Source: Candidatus Poribacteria bacterium (GTDB taxonomy: Bacteria; Poribacteria; WGA-4E; JAJDTR01). Taken from it: DNA of 64,000 bases. The stretch is taken from positions 303,154-367,153 of the forward strand of contig JAPPIK010000006.1 in the NCBI GenBank assembly GCA_028820655.1. Direction: 5' to 3'. The notes beneath the pieces are model-generated. The model saw nothing but the letters and a program-made list of their open reading frames with translations, was not told where the DNA came from and searched no databases. Made by a program: the position numbers and the translations under genes. Below are positions 17,989 to 26,713 of this stretch, one piece after another. Position 1 is the first letter of the stretch; each line of letters opens with the position of its first letter.

Positions 17989-18993
17989 GTGGAGATGTTC
18001 AGGTTGTTCTCCAATAGTTATCTTTTCGTCCCTACTTTCGTGTACCTACTCCTATTGTCCGGCTGCGGTGCGGACGAATCGGTCAACTCACCCCTTGCCA
18101 ACGGTAACGATGCAGATATAACCCCCGCCCCGATATCGTCGTCCTACTTTCCCATAGCGCTCGGCAACCGGTGGACTTACCGCAACCCCGACCGCTCCGA
18201 ATGGTCACGTGAAGTTGTCGAATCTGAGGTGTTTGATGCCGAGCGCTATCATTCTTTCAGTTACACCCCTCCAATCAGTTTGGACTCGCTCCGTTCTGCC
18301 GAATATTTGACTTACGCCGATCGGTTCGTTCGCAGAATGAATCTCTCGGAGATCAATGACATTATTTGGGAAATTATCCTCGAAAGCAGCGACGGACCCA
18401 CAAGTTGGCCGATCGGGATGACGTGTGGCAATGCGGGGCCAAAGCCTGTGTGCGAAACCGATAAGAATCTCTTTCGGCCCAGAATTATGACCCTTCTGTA
18501 TCGTGCGAAGTCAACAGTCGTTTGGCATAGCAAATTAATACTCCTTCGACATCCACTTTTGCCGAGCCAGACCTACAACGCGCTTGAGTTACGGCTTACC
18601 GGAGCTAGTCCTAATGGAGCGGCACGTTATCTTTACGATTTCAAAGCCGAGGGAACAATTCTGGGAAGGGATGGCGCCGACTGGGAATCGGTTGAGACGC
18701 CAGCGGGCCGCTTCGAAAAATGCCTGAAAATTCACTATGAACCAAAACTAAAATCGTTTGCACTTGTTGATTTTCGAGACGCCTTTCCCCTAGACGACGA
18801 TATTTTCCTAGACACCGCACGCGAACTCATAGAATCGGAACTTCTCGAAGAATTAAACGATCTTCTCTCTGATTCAATCCCGAAACTGGGATTGCACACC
18901 ATGTGGCTCGCCCAGAGTGTCGGTCCTGTGAAAATAGAAACGCCCGACGGCACCGCCGAATTGATTGATTACGACATCAAGCCCGCACAGTGA
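17989..18993 (+). CDS. hypothetical lipoprotein
   Basis: Lipobox VYLLLLSGCGADES. 334 aa. No family recognised. Sits where an anti-sigma or ECF-regulated gene would be expected. Confidence 0.6.
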   Translation: MEMFRLFSNSYLFVPTFVYLLLLSGCGADESVNSPLANGNDADITPAPISSSYFPIALGNRWTYRNPDRSEWSREVVESEVFDAERYHSFSYTPPISLDSLRSAEYLTYADRFVRRMNLSEINDIIWEIILESSDGPTSWPIGMTCGNAGPKPVCETDKNLFRPRIMTLLYRAKSTVVWHSKLILLRHPLLPSQTYNALELRLTGASPNGAARYLYDFKAEGTILGRDGADWESVETPAGRFEKCLKIHYEPKLKSFALVDFRDAFPLDDDIFLDTARELIESELLEELNDLLSDSIPKLGLHTMWLAQSVGPVKIETPDGTAELIDYDIKPAQ

Positions 18994-19115
18994 GAAGCCG
19001 GTAAACCCTACCTTTAACATCCCATAGCGAATCACCTTCGATTCCCGATCCCGGTTAGAACCAGACTCATCGCCATTCGTGTGTAGGTTGGGTCGAACGA
19101 TCAACCGAGTGCACA

Positions 19116-19487
19116 TTGAGGGCCATAGAAAACCTTGTCGCAATCAAGAGCTGCACCGATTACATGCGCCGACGGCACCAACGCCGAACAATTTGTGACG
19201 AACCTGTATCCGACGACGTGTTTTACCATCACGAATCCGCCCGCCACCTGCAATCTCCTGCCAAAAGATTGGAACATGAGGAATTATGCATGTTTCTGCG
19301 CCGCGCCGTGATGGAACTGACTCCCAAGCAAAAGGAAGTTTTTCTTCTTCGTTACCAGGAAGAACTCCGCCTGAAAGCCATTGCACACAAGCTGGGGCGT
19401 TCAATCGGGACCGTTAAAGCCCACCTCTTTCAAGTGCACCGCACCCTACATCACCAACTCCTCCCTTATTTCCAATTCGCGCTCTAA
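19116..19487 (+). pseudogene. ECF-type sigma factor remnant (region 4 intact, region 2 mostly missing)
   Basis: ELTPKQKEVFLLRYQEELRLKAIAHKLGRSIGTVKAHLFQVHRTL is a canonical region 4.2 HTH. Only the tail of region 2 (AIKSCTDYMRRRHQRR) precedes it, and an in-frame stop lies at about 19056. Confidence 0.5.
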
Positions 19488-19509
19488 TCCCCCACCACCC
19501 GCGGCTACC

Positions 19510-19640
19510 GAAATCAAGTTTTTTCTTGAAAACTTGATTTCTTTCCCCTCCAACCAACACTTGTGGGAGCGATTTCCAGGTCGCGACTCCCCGAAACCAC
19601 CCAAACCGCGTCTTTTCTTCAAACCTCGGTTTCTTTCTCA
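19510..19640 (+). repeat. composite repeat: family A hairpin, family B-related segment, degenerate hairpin
   Basis: GAAATCAAGTTTTTTCTTGAAAACTTGATTTC (19510-19541), CACTTGTGGGAGCGATTTCCAGGTCGCGACTCC, then GTCTTTTCTTCAAACCTCGGTTTCTTTC. Confidence 0.7.
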
Positions 19641-19839
19641 CTCAATCCTATAGGGACACGATCAGCCGTCCGATTTTGGAGAGACCATGAGATCCATCAA
19701 ATGAGTGAAAGTCGCATCCGATCAATACCCTATCGAGCTAGTATAGAACAGGCTCAAAGCACGCAATTCACACACACTGCACGAAAGGTCGTTTGCCCTA
19801 CACCTTCAAATTGATGGCGATTAATCCCATTTTTTGTAA

Positions 19840-19868
19840 TTGACAACTTCACACATGTATAGTATAAT
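19840..19868 (+). promoter_or_regulatory. perfect-consensus sigma70-type promoter in a gene-free region
   Basis: TTGACA (19840-19845), exactly 17 nt, TATAAT (19863-19868). No credible ORF follows. A family A hairpin lies about 70-100 nt downstream. Confidence 0.4.
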
Positions 19869-19911
19869 ATCACGCTGCCAAACGCTGCCGCGGCCAAGGC
19901 AATGCATCTCG

Positions 19912-20030
19912 AAACCGAGTTTTTTCCCGAAACCGTCGAAATCAAGTTTTTTCTTGAAAACTTGATTTCTTTCTATCCCTAAATGATCCTATAAGAACCT
20001 GATCAGCCGACCGACTTTGGAGAGATCGAC
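19912..20030 (+). repeat. family A half copy plus full hairpin plus conserved 3' flank
   Basis: CCGAGTTTTTTCCCGAAACCGTC plus GAAATCAAGTTTTTTCTTGAAAACTTGATTTC (19938-19969). The flank CCTATAAGAACCTGATCAGCCGACCGACTTTGGAGAGATC also occurs at 19645-19690 as CTATAGGGACACGATCAGCCGTCCGATTTTGGAGAGACC. Confidence 0.7.
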
Positions 20031-21000
20031 GGAACAATCAGGCGAGTGAATCTCGCCGGCGTCCGCTGGTACCGTCCGACTTGGCCCTGGCCCCTAGATA
20101 CAGCGCCGGGAGGAGGGAGGAAATGACATTCGCAGAGAATCGCATGCTCTAAATCATGAGTAATAACCATGCGCGAAGCCAAGCTACGACACGCTCCGGC
20201 ACAAATCTCAAGTCACAACACATTGACTGCGATCATAAATGTAGGATGGGATGATGCGATTGGACGATAAGTGTCATTGCGAATCCCGACAGCGTCCCGC
20301 GCGCGGTACCAAATGCCGCCTCCTAACCGCGATGCGTTGACTTCGGAAACGGAATCAGCCGGGTGTGATAGGCACACGTCGTGCGCACTAAACCACCCTA
20401 CGCCGCTCCTCAAATCGCCGATTTTCCACGTTAAAACCGGAGCGTTTTGGCGTTTCACGTTCCTACATTTAATCTTGGTGACGACACATTTTTTTCACCG
20501 TACCTGTTTGTACCTATTTGCACTCGCATGAACCCGCGCTATCAAAGGAAAGGACTGAGGCATACCATGTGAACACCCCTTCAAAATCAAGCCGCCGTTC
20601 ACGTTCTTGTACCAGTATTTCGGGGCAATTATTCCAAAATTATAGGTACACGTTCAGCCCAAACGGTGCAGAACGAGTAGCGGCTAAACATTTCATTCCC
20701 AATTTCGGACTCTTTTGCACCTGAAAACGAAAAAACATCGGCATGAGAATATCTACAAAATCCGCCGCCATGGATAGTTTTAACGCGAGAGTCATTTTAG
20801 ATGCCTTTCACCTACAAAATGAACGCTTGATGTGTTCCGCAAGTTGTGCTAGAATTGTCGTGGACACGGCATCAATCCGTGACCTCGGGGCGGCTTTGGC
20901 ACGGGAGAGTGGAAGAGAATCTTCCATCTTTTCAATCTTACGCTACCGAGTCGATGTGGAAAAAACTATCGTGTTGAAACGAGCGTATGTGAGAGAATAA

Positions 21001-22017
21001 GTGAGTCTTCAAACGGTTTTGGATCAGCTTGAGGGGAGGCACGTACTCATCATCGGTGATGTCATCTTGGATGAATACATCTGGGGAGACGTCAATCGGA
21101 TTTCGCCGGAAGCGCCCGTGCCCGTGCTTGAAATAGCCTCCGAAACAATCCGCACCGGCGGCGCCGCCAATGTAGCACAGAATATCGTCAACTTGGGTGG
21201 ACGAGTCGATTTGGTTGGCGTCGTCGGGGATGATGGCAACGGAAAGAAGTTGATTCAGATGCTCGAGCGAATTGGCGTAGATGCGAGCGGCATTTGCGTT
21301 GATGCGGATCGACCCACAAGCACAAAAACCCGCGTTATTGCCCGAACCTCTGATACGAGCACGTCAACCCATCAGCAGCTTGTCCGACTGGATCGGGAAT
21401 CTCAGGCGCCGGTGGAATCCGCAATCCACGAGCAACTCATGGAAAACGCCTTGAGTCGTATTCCGTTTGTGGATGCAATTGTTTTTGAAGATTATGACAA
21501 AGGCGGCGTCAGCGGCAGATTAATCGAGGGAATTCTTCGTACCGCGCGGCAACAGGGGAAACCCGTTGTTGTGGATCCGAAGGTCGAGAATTTCTGGAAC
21601 TACAAGGGCGTGACCTCCATCACTCCAAACCATAAGGAGGCCGGGCTTGCGGTCAACCGCAAGATTTCTGACGAGGATAGCTTGGTTTCCGTCGGCGAGG
21701 AGATATTGGATAGACTCGATCTCGAAGGGTTGTTAATTACACGCGGCGAACAGGGGATGTCACTATTCCGGCGGAGCCCTGAAGGGCAATTACGCACAGA
21801 TCACATCCCCACTCAAGCGCAAGAGGTGTTTGACGACACCGGGGCCGGAGACACGGTCGTCGCCGTGTTTGCTCTAGCCCTTGCCGCCCGAGCCGATATG
21901 CTTGAAGCCGCCCAGCTTTCAAATCTTGCCGGAGGCATTGTTTGCGGTGAAGTTGGTTGCGTCCCCGTAAATCGAGAGCAACTCTTGCGAGGCATTCAAG
22001 CCGGTGACGCCGGATGA
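21001..22017 (+). CDS. hldA: D-glycero-beta-D-manno-heptose-7-phosphate kinase (RfaE/HldE domain I only, PfkB family)
   Basis: VLIIGDVILDEYIWGDVNRISPEAPVPVL....IRTGGAANVAQNIVNLGG is the typical RfaE domain I N-terminus. C-terminal DTGAGDTVVAVF is the PfkB motif. No cytidylyltransferase domain is attached. GTG start. Confidence 0.85.
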   Translation: MSLQTVLDQLEGRHVLIIGDVILDEYIWGDVNRISPEAPVPVLEIASETIRTGGAANVAQNIVNLGGRVDLVGVVGDDGNGKKLIQMLERIGVDASGICVDADRPTSTKTRVIARTSDTSTSTHQQLVRLDRESQAPVESAIHEQLMENALSRIPFVDAIVFEDYDKGGVSGRLIEGILRTARQQGKPVVVDPKVENFWNYKGVTSITPNHKEAGLAVNRKISDEDSLVSVGEEILDRLDLEGLLITRGEQGMSLFRRSPEGQLRTDHIPTQAQEVFDDTGAGDTVVAVFALALAARADMLEAAQLSNLAGGIVCGEVGCVPVNREQLLRGIQAGDAG

Positions 22018-22589
22018 AAACCGTTTTTCTTGATCGAGACGGCGTAATCAACCGAAATCTCGAGAACGATTATGTCACGAGTTGGAGTGAATTCGAATTC
22101 ATTCCGAAGTCTCTGGATGCCATTCGGTTGCTCACTCATACCGGTTATCAACTCATTGTCGTCACGAATCAAGCCTGCATCAATAAAGGAATCCTGTCTC
22201 TCGAAAATTTAAAAATAATTCACCGTAAAATGTTATCCGAAATTCAGAACGTTGGCGGCCGCATCAGCGCCATCTACCACTGTCCCCATCGTGACGACGA
22301 GGATTGCGCATGCCGCAAACCAAAAGCCGGCATGCTGCTACGGGCGGCAGCGGAACACAAAATCGATCCGGACAACACCTACTTGATTGGCGACTCCGAA
22401 AGAGATATTCGGGCAGGAAATGAATTTGGCGCCTGCTCTTTACTTGTGCTGACCGGCAACGGTCACAAATCAGATCTCATTAACCGTGCAAGTGATAACG
22501 CGCCAAACCAATCCCATCGAGTTTTCGCGGATTTCCACGCCGCCGCGGAATGGATTGTTTCATCATGCGCGACAGTTCGTGGTTCGTAG
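22014..22589 (+). CDS. gmhB: D,D-heptose 1,7-bisphosphate phosphatase (HAD-IIIA)
   Basis: ATGA overlap with the kinase. VFLDRDGVIN, VVTNQ, zinc-site CPHRDDEDCACRKPKAGML, IGDSERDIRAG. Confidence 0.88.
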   Translation: MKTVFLDRDGVINRNLENDYVTSWSEFEFIPKSLDAIRLLTHTGYQLIVVTNQACINKGILSLENLKIIHRKMLSEIQNVGGRISAIYHCPHRDDEDCACRKPKAGMLLRAAAEHKIDPDNTYLIGDSERDIRAGNEFGACSLLVLTGNGHKSDLINRASDNAPNQSHRVFADFHAAAEWIVSSCATVRGS

Positions 22590-22789
22590 AAAGCGTCCAC
22601 ACGGATGGTCGATGGTAAGATGAAAGTGGAAGAAAGTTGACATATTCCTCCATCATGCGAGGGTCTATACCGCGCCCCTTACTCGGTGGATTGATTGATA
22701 ACAATTCAGTGGATCGCCATAATCATGTTCATCGTTTTGGAGATTGCCGTAATCATTCAACAAACAACAAAAGCCACTGGAGGTCCAAG

Positions 22790-24355
22790 ATGCTTCAGCA
22801 AAATATCAAAACCCAAATTCACAAACACCAACTCGCTTGGATACTCGCTGAATTGCTTGATGATAAAGAGATTGCCAACCTGAAAAATCAGTGCGGCATC
22901 CACGACGCCCCCGCACCGATGGATTCTCGAACCGGCCAATGGATTATTGAGAATCTCGCCGATGCGTTTTTTCGTCAGGAGACCGCTCAACAGGTCGTCC
23001 ATGAATACCTCGTGCAGAAGACCGAGAGCGCAATTCGCCGCGTCGGATATATGAATGTACAGGAGATTCAAACTTTCCTGAGAAACTACACACATCTGGT
23101 TGACGGCGGAGACTTCACCGAGATTGTGTGGGCACTTCTGATTGACTCCCGTCAAGATGTCCAACGGCACGGACGGAAGCTTCTTAAGGAATATGAACAA
23201 TCGGTCCATGAAGTAGCCAACGTTGGCAATGTGATGAAATCCGAGCGTGAGGCGGACACGAACGACACAACGCGAGTTGTTCACCCGGCGCAAACCAAGG
23301 CTACCGAGAACACAGGCACAAATCAATCATTGCACCGGCATGTGGAGCCGCCGCTCAAAAAGCCGATCCAAACCTCAACCCCAAAGGAAAATCCCGATCC
23401 CGGTCAAAAACTGGCGCGGCTTCAGCAATCGCTGAATCAGCGAAATGATGAATGCACGGCCCTCAAAAAAGAGAATGAAAACCTCCTCGGGAAATTACGG
23501 CAGTCTATCGACGAGAATGAAGAATTCCGAGAAAAAGAACATCGATTCATGGAACAGGACATTCATATTCAACAGCTACAACTGGAGATTCACAACCTGA
23601 AACGCCAAGTTGAAAAACTGTCGAAGCAATCCGCGGAAAGTCAGTCCCTCCAAAGGGTCGCACAAGCAGAGGTGGGAGTTGAATTGAAATCCTTTGAGGA
23701 ACTCGTTTATAAGAGTAATCAGACATTCGACCAGATGCAATCGGACTTTCAAACACAGGTTTCGGAACTGAAAAAGTTCTCCGAGATGTCGAAGACGGCG
23801 CTTCTTCGTACGCGCGACAAAGTGGAACAGTTTCTCGGTCAGCACGATTCTAAGCAGAATTTGCCCTGTCGAGCATTGAAGGAACAGCCAAGTGTCGGTG
23901 TGTTTGTCGATGTCCAGAATATGTTCTATGCTGCCAAAGACCGGTATGCCGGGCGGGTGGACTACATCAAACTGCTCGATCTCATTGTCGGACCGCGGCA
24001 GCTTGTTGTGGCGTATGCATACGTTGTCCAGATTCCGGAGATAAACCAGTCGGGATTCTTGTCCCTTCTTGAGCACAATGGATACACCATAAAGAGCAAG
24101 GACCTGCGCCTCCGAGGCGACGGCACCGCAAAGGGTGACTGGGACGTGGGAATCGCAATTGATATTGTCTCAATGCTAGGTGCGCTCGATGTCGTGATTC
24201 TCGCCAGCGGTGACGGCGATTTTTGCGCACTTGCGGAACTGATTAAACAACAAGGCAAGCGTGTCGAGGTTGTCGCCTTTGAGCACAATACATCAATGGA
24301 CCTGCAACGAATGGCGGATCAGTTCTTTCCAATCGGCGACGAACTGCTCATTTGA
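22790..24355 (+). CDS. NYN (LabA-like) domain protein with long N-terminal helical and coiled-coil extension
   Basis: ATG at 22790 is preceded by GGAGG; the listed ORF start at 22637 is less likely. The C-terminal ~165 aa are VGVFVDVQNMFYAAKD...GFLSLLEHNGYTI...GDWDVGIAIDIV...LDVVILASGDGDFCALAELIKQQGKRVEVVAF. The middle ~170 aa are strongly heptad-like (LQQSLNQRNDECTALKKENENLLGKLRQ...). Confidence 0.75.
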   Translation: MLQQNIKTQIHKHQLAWILAELLDDKEIANLKNQCGIHDAPAPMDSRTGQWIIENLADAFFRQETAQQVVHEYLVQKTESAIRRVGYMNVQEIQTFLRNYTHLVDGGDFTEIVWALLIDSRQDVQRHGRKLLKEYEQSVHEVANVGNVMKSEREADTNDTTRVVHPAQTKATENTGTNQSLHRHVEPPLKKPIQTSTPKENPDPGQKLARLQQSLNQRNDECTALKKENENLLGKLRQSIDENEEFREKEHRFMEQDIHIQQLQLEIHNLKRQVEKLSKQSAESQSLQRVAQAEVGVELKSFEELVYKSNQTFDQMQSDFQTQVSELKKFSEMSKTALLRTRDKVEQFLGQHDSKQNLPCRALKEQPSVGVFVDVQNMFYAAKDRYAGRVDYIKLLDLIVGPRQLVVAYAYVVQIPEINQSGFLSLLEHNGYTIKSKDLRLRGDGTAKGDWDVGIAIDIVSMLGALDVVILASGDGDFCALAELIKQQGKRVEVVAFEHNTSMDLQRMADQFFPIGDELLI

Positions 24356-24633
24356 GTTCGACCGTCAAGTATTCGACTGAAGAGCTAGGTGGGGCAAGGC
24401 TGTTTCCCCGCAACCGAACTCTTCCCCAAAACGCAGTATGTTTGACGCCGAGTTCCAGAGGATTATGAAAGCGATCGGCGGTGACGATCGCGCTCCAATG
24501 GAGATTCCCCGCTGCCCCGTTGCACTCTCAAAATTACCCGTCACGGCGCCTACTGTTCGGACCGGCTCGATATCCCATAGAGACCGGTCGTGTCATGGTC
24601 GAGGCAATATAGGTTCACGGTTCTCACTTTCCG

Positions 24634-26586
24634 ATGACCACGCAAAAATCCAATCCCTCCGTTAATCCGAACCCGCCCGCGCACCATTCACATCTTTCAC
24701 AAGCCGAGCCCCTTCCGCTTACAACCACTGCGGCGAGAGATCAGTGCCTTCTCGGAGATTGGTATTTCAATGAACGGCACTATACACTTGCAATTCAATC
24801 ATACAAACGCGCACTGGAATTGGATCCGGAGTGCGCCGCCATACATCACAGGTTAGGGTTGGCATACTACAAAGAGGGGGAATTCGACTCCGCTAGAGAC
24901 TCTTTCAAAAAGGCAATTTCACTAAACCCGTCGAATGCGCACTATCACTATTCGCTAGGGCAACTCCTGCAAGACTACCGTGATCTTGATGGTACGTGGC
25001 AAGAGGCAATCCGCGAATTTTCAAGAGCAATCGAGCTTGACCCGTCTTATGTCGAGGCGTGGTATGATCGGGGGTCGCTCCATGACAAGCGAGGCGAGCT
25101 TGCGAGGGCATGCCATGATTTTCAGCAGGTCGTGGCGCGAATGCCGAATTATGCCGCTCGTTACAATCTTGCGGTGCTATACATCAAGCGGCAGATGTGG
25201 GCCGAAGCGCAGGGGGCGTTGGAAGAGATTCTGAGCATTGAACCCAACGACTCCGATGCGTATTACCATCTTGCCGATGTGCATCTCAAGAGTTCGGGAG
25301 ACTTGAACCTGGCGATTGACTGTCTGAAACACGCAATTGAGCGCGATCCCGACCACCTGGATGCCCGTTTCGCGCTGGGGCTGCTCTATGCAAAGAATCG
25401 TTACAAACAACCCGAATATCGCCAGGACGCGATCACGCAATTTGTCGAATTGGTTTCGAGCAATGAGAAGCTAAACACCTTTGACCAGATGGATCAGGTC
25501 TATTTTATTTTGGGAAGTCTTTACGACGATGTGCCCGCCGATGCGGAAATGGCGATATCCGCTTATCAGACGGGCTTGGAACATGTTTCTTCCGCGCAGG
25601 TCAGAAATAACCTCGGACTCTTATATTTGCAAAAAAAGCAGATTCAGAAAGCTGCAGAGGAATTCCGACAAGCGATCCGACTGGAACCGGAATATGAAGC
25701 CCCCTACCATAATCTTGCGAAACTCTACTTTTACGAGCACGACGAGGAACTTCTGAAAGATCTCCGCGGGTGGTTAACATTCAACCCACAGGAGGCGGCG
25801 GCGATAATCTTTCGACTCTCTCTCTCACTAATTGATGTCGCACGCGCCGAAGGGCATCAAAGCCTTTTTTCTCGTTTGCACCGTGTCAAAAACCTTGTTA
25901 GCGTCGGCGGCGCACAACTTCGATCGGCGTTACGGCAGTCGGACCCCGCCTCCAAACTGCACGGCAAACTGCACCGAACCTTAACTCAACATGAGGATTC
26001 ATTTAACCAGTTGACTGAAATCCTGGAGACGTTGCGAACAGACGCACCGGTATCGGAGCTTGTTGATATTAATAGGCTTATCGAAAATCTGCTAATAAAA
26101 CTGAGGTCGGTTTCCACGGGGAAGCGAATTGAGTGCAAACAGCAATTAGCGTCGAACCTGCCGTTTATAAAAGGCGATTCAAGCCAGCTTAAAGAAGCGT
26201 TCCACAACGTCCTGATCAATGCATTTGAAGCCATGGAAGACGGGGGCGTCCTTCAGATCCACACCGAATATCAGCCTCAATCCCTGCAAGTTCAAATTTC
26301 CGTCGCCGACTCAGGGAAGGGTATTCCGGATTCACTTCGACACAAAATTTTTCAGCCGGGGTATACGCTAAAAGAGGGGGGCAGTGGATTTGGATTGACC
26401 ATCGTTCAACGAACCGTTCGTGATCACATGGGGAGTATTGATTTGCGCAGCGCGGAGGGAGGCGGAACGACATTCATAATCTACCTACCGGTAAATCCGG
26501 ACGCGGTTCCCATAAAGACAAACCTGCAGATGCGGCCGATCTTTTACGAGGCGAGGGGCGATCTTGCTTTTGAAGAGCTAGTGTGA
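24634..26586 (+). CDS. TPR-repeat sensor histidine kinase (NtrB-like transmitter), soluble
   Basis: Multiple 34-aa TPR units (e.g. AIQSYKRALELDPECAAIHHRLGLAYYKEGEFDSA, AIREFSRAIELDPSYVEAWYDRG). H-box-like LFSRLHRVKNLVSVGGAQL (compare NtrB HEIKNPLGG.RGAAQL). N-box HNVLINAFEAM, DSGKGIP, GGSGFGLTIV. No TM segment seen. Confidence 0.8.
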   Translation: MTTQKSNPSVNPNPPAHHSHLSQAEPLPLTTTAARDQCLLGDWYFNERHYTLAIQSYKRALELDPECAAIHHRLGLAYYKEGEFDSARDSFKKAISLNPSNAHYHYSLGQLLQDYRDLDGTWQEAIREFSRAIELDPSYVEAWYDRGSLHDKRGELARACHDFQQVVARMPNYAARYNLAVLYIKRQMWAEAQGALEEILSIEPNDSDAYYHLADVHLKSSGDLNLAIDCLKHAIERDPDHLDARFALGLLYAKNRYKQPEYRQDAITQFVELVSSNEKLNTFDQMDQVYFILGSLYDDVPADAEMAISAYQTGLEHVSSAQVRNNLGLLYLQKKQIQKAAEEFRQAIRLEPEYEAPYHNLAKLYFYEHDEELLKDLRGWLTFNPQEAAAIIFRLSLSLIDVARAEGHQSLFSRLHRVKNLVSVGGAQLRSALRQSDPASKLHGKLHRTLTQHEDSFNQLTEILETLRTDAPVSELVDINRLIENLLIKLRSVSTGKRIECKQQLASNLPFIKGDSSQLKEAFHNVLINAFEAMEDGGVLQIHTEYQPQSLQVQISVADSGKGIPDSLRHKIFQPGYTLKEGGSGFGLTIVQRTVRDHMGSIDLRSAEGGGTTFIIYLPVNPDAVPIKTNLQMRPIFYEARGDLAFEELV

Positions 26587-26713
26587 AGAGCGTACGAGAT
26601 TGGGCGTCGGGGAGGCTGAAGATTAGCAGATTTGCCGCGCGGGATAATGCCGATTGGTCTTATTGTCGTATGGCAACCGAGATTTGGGATCTTGGTTTTT
26701 CGCGGAGGAGAAA

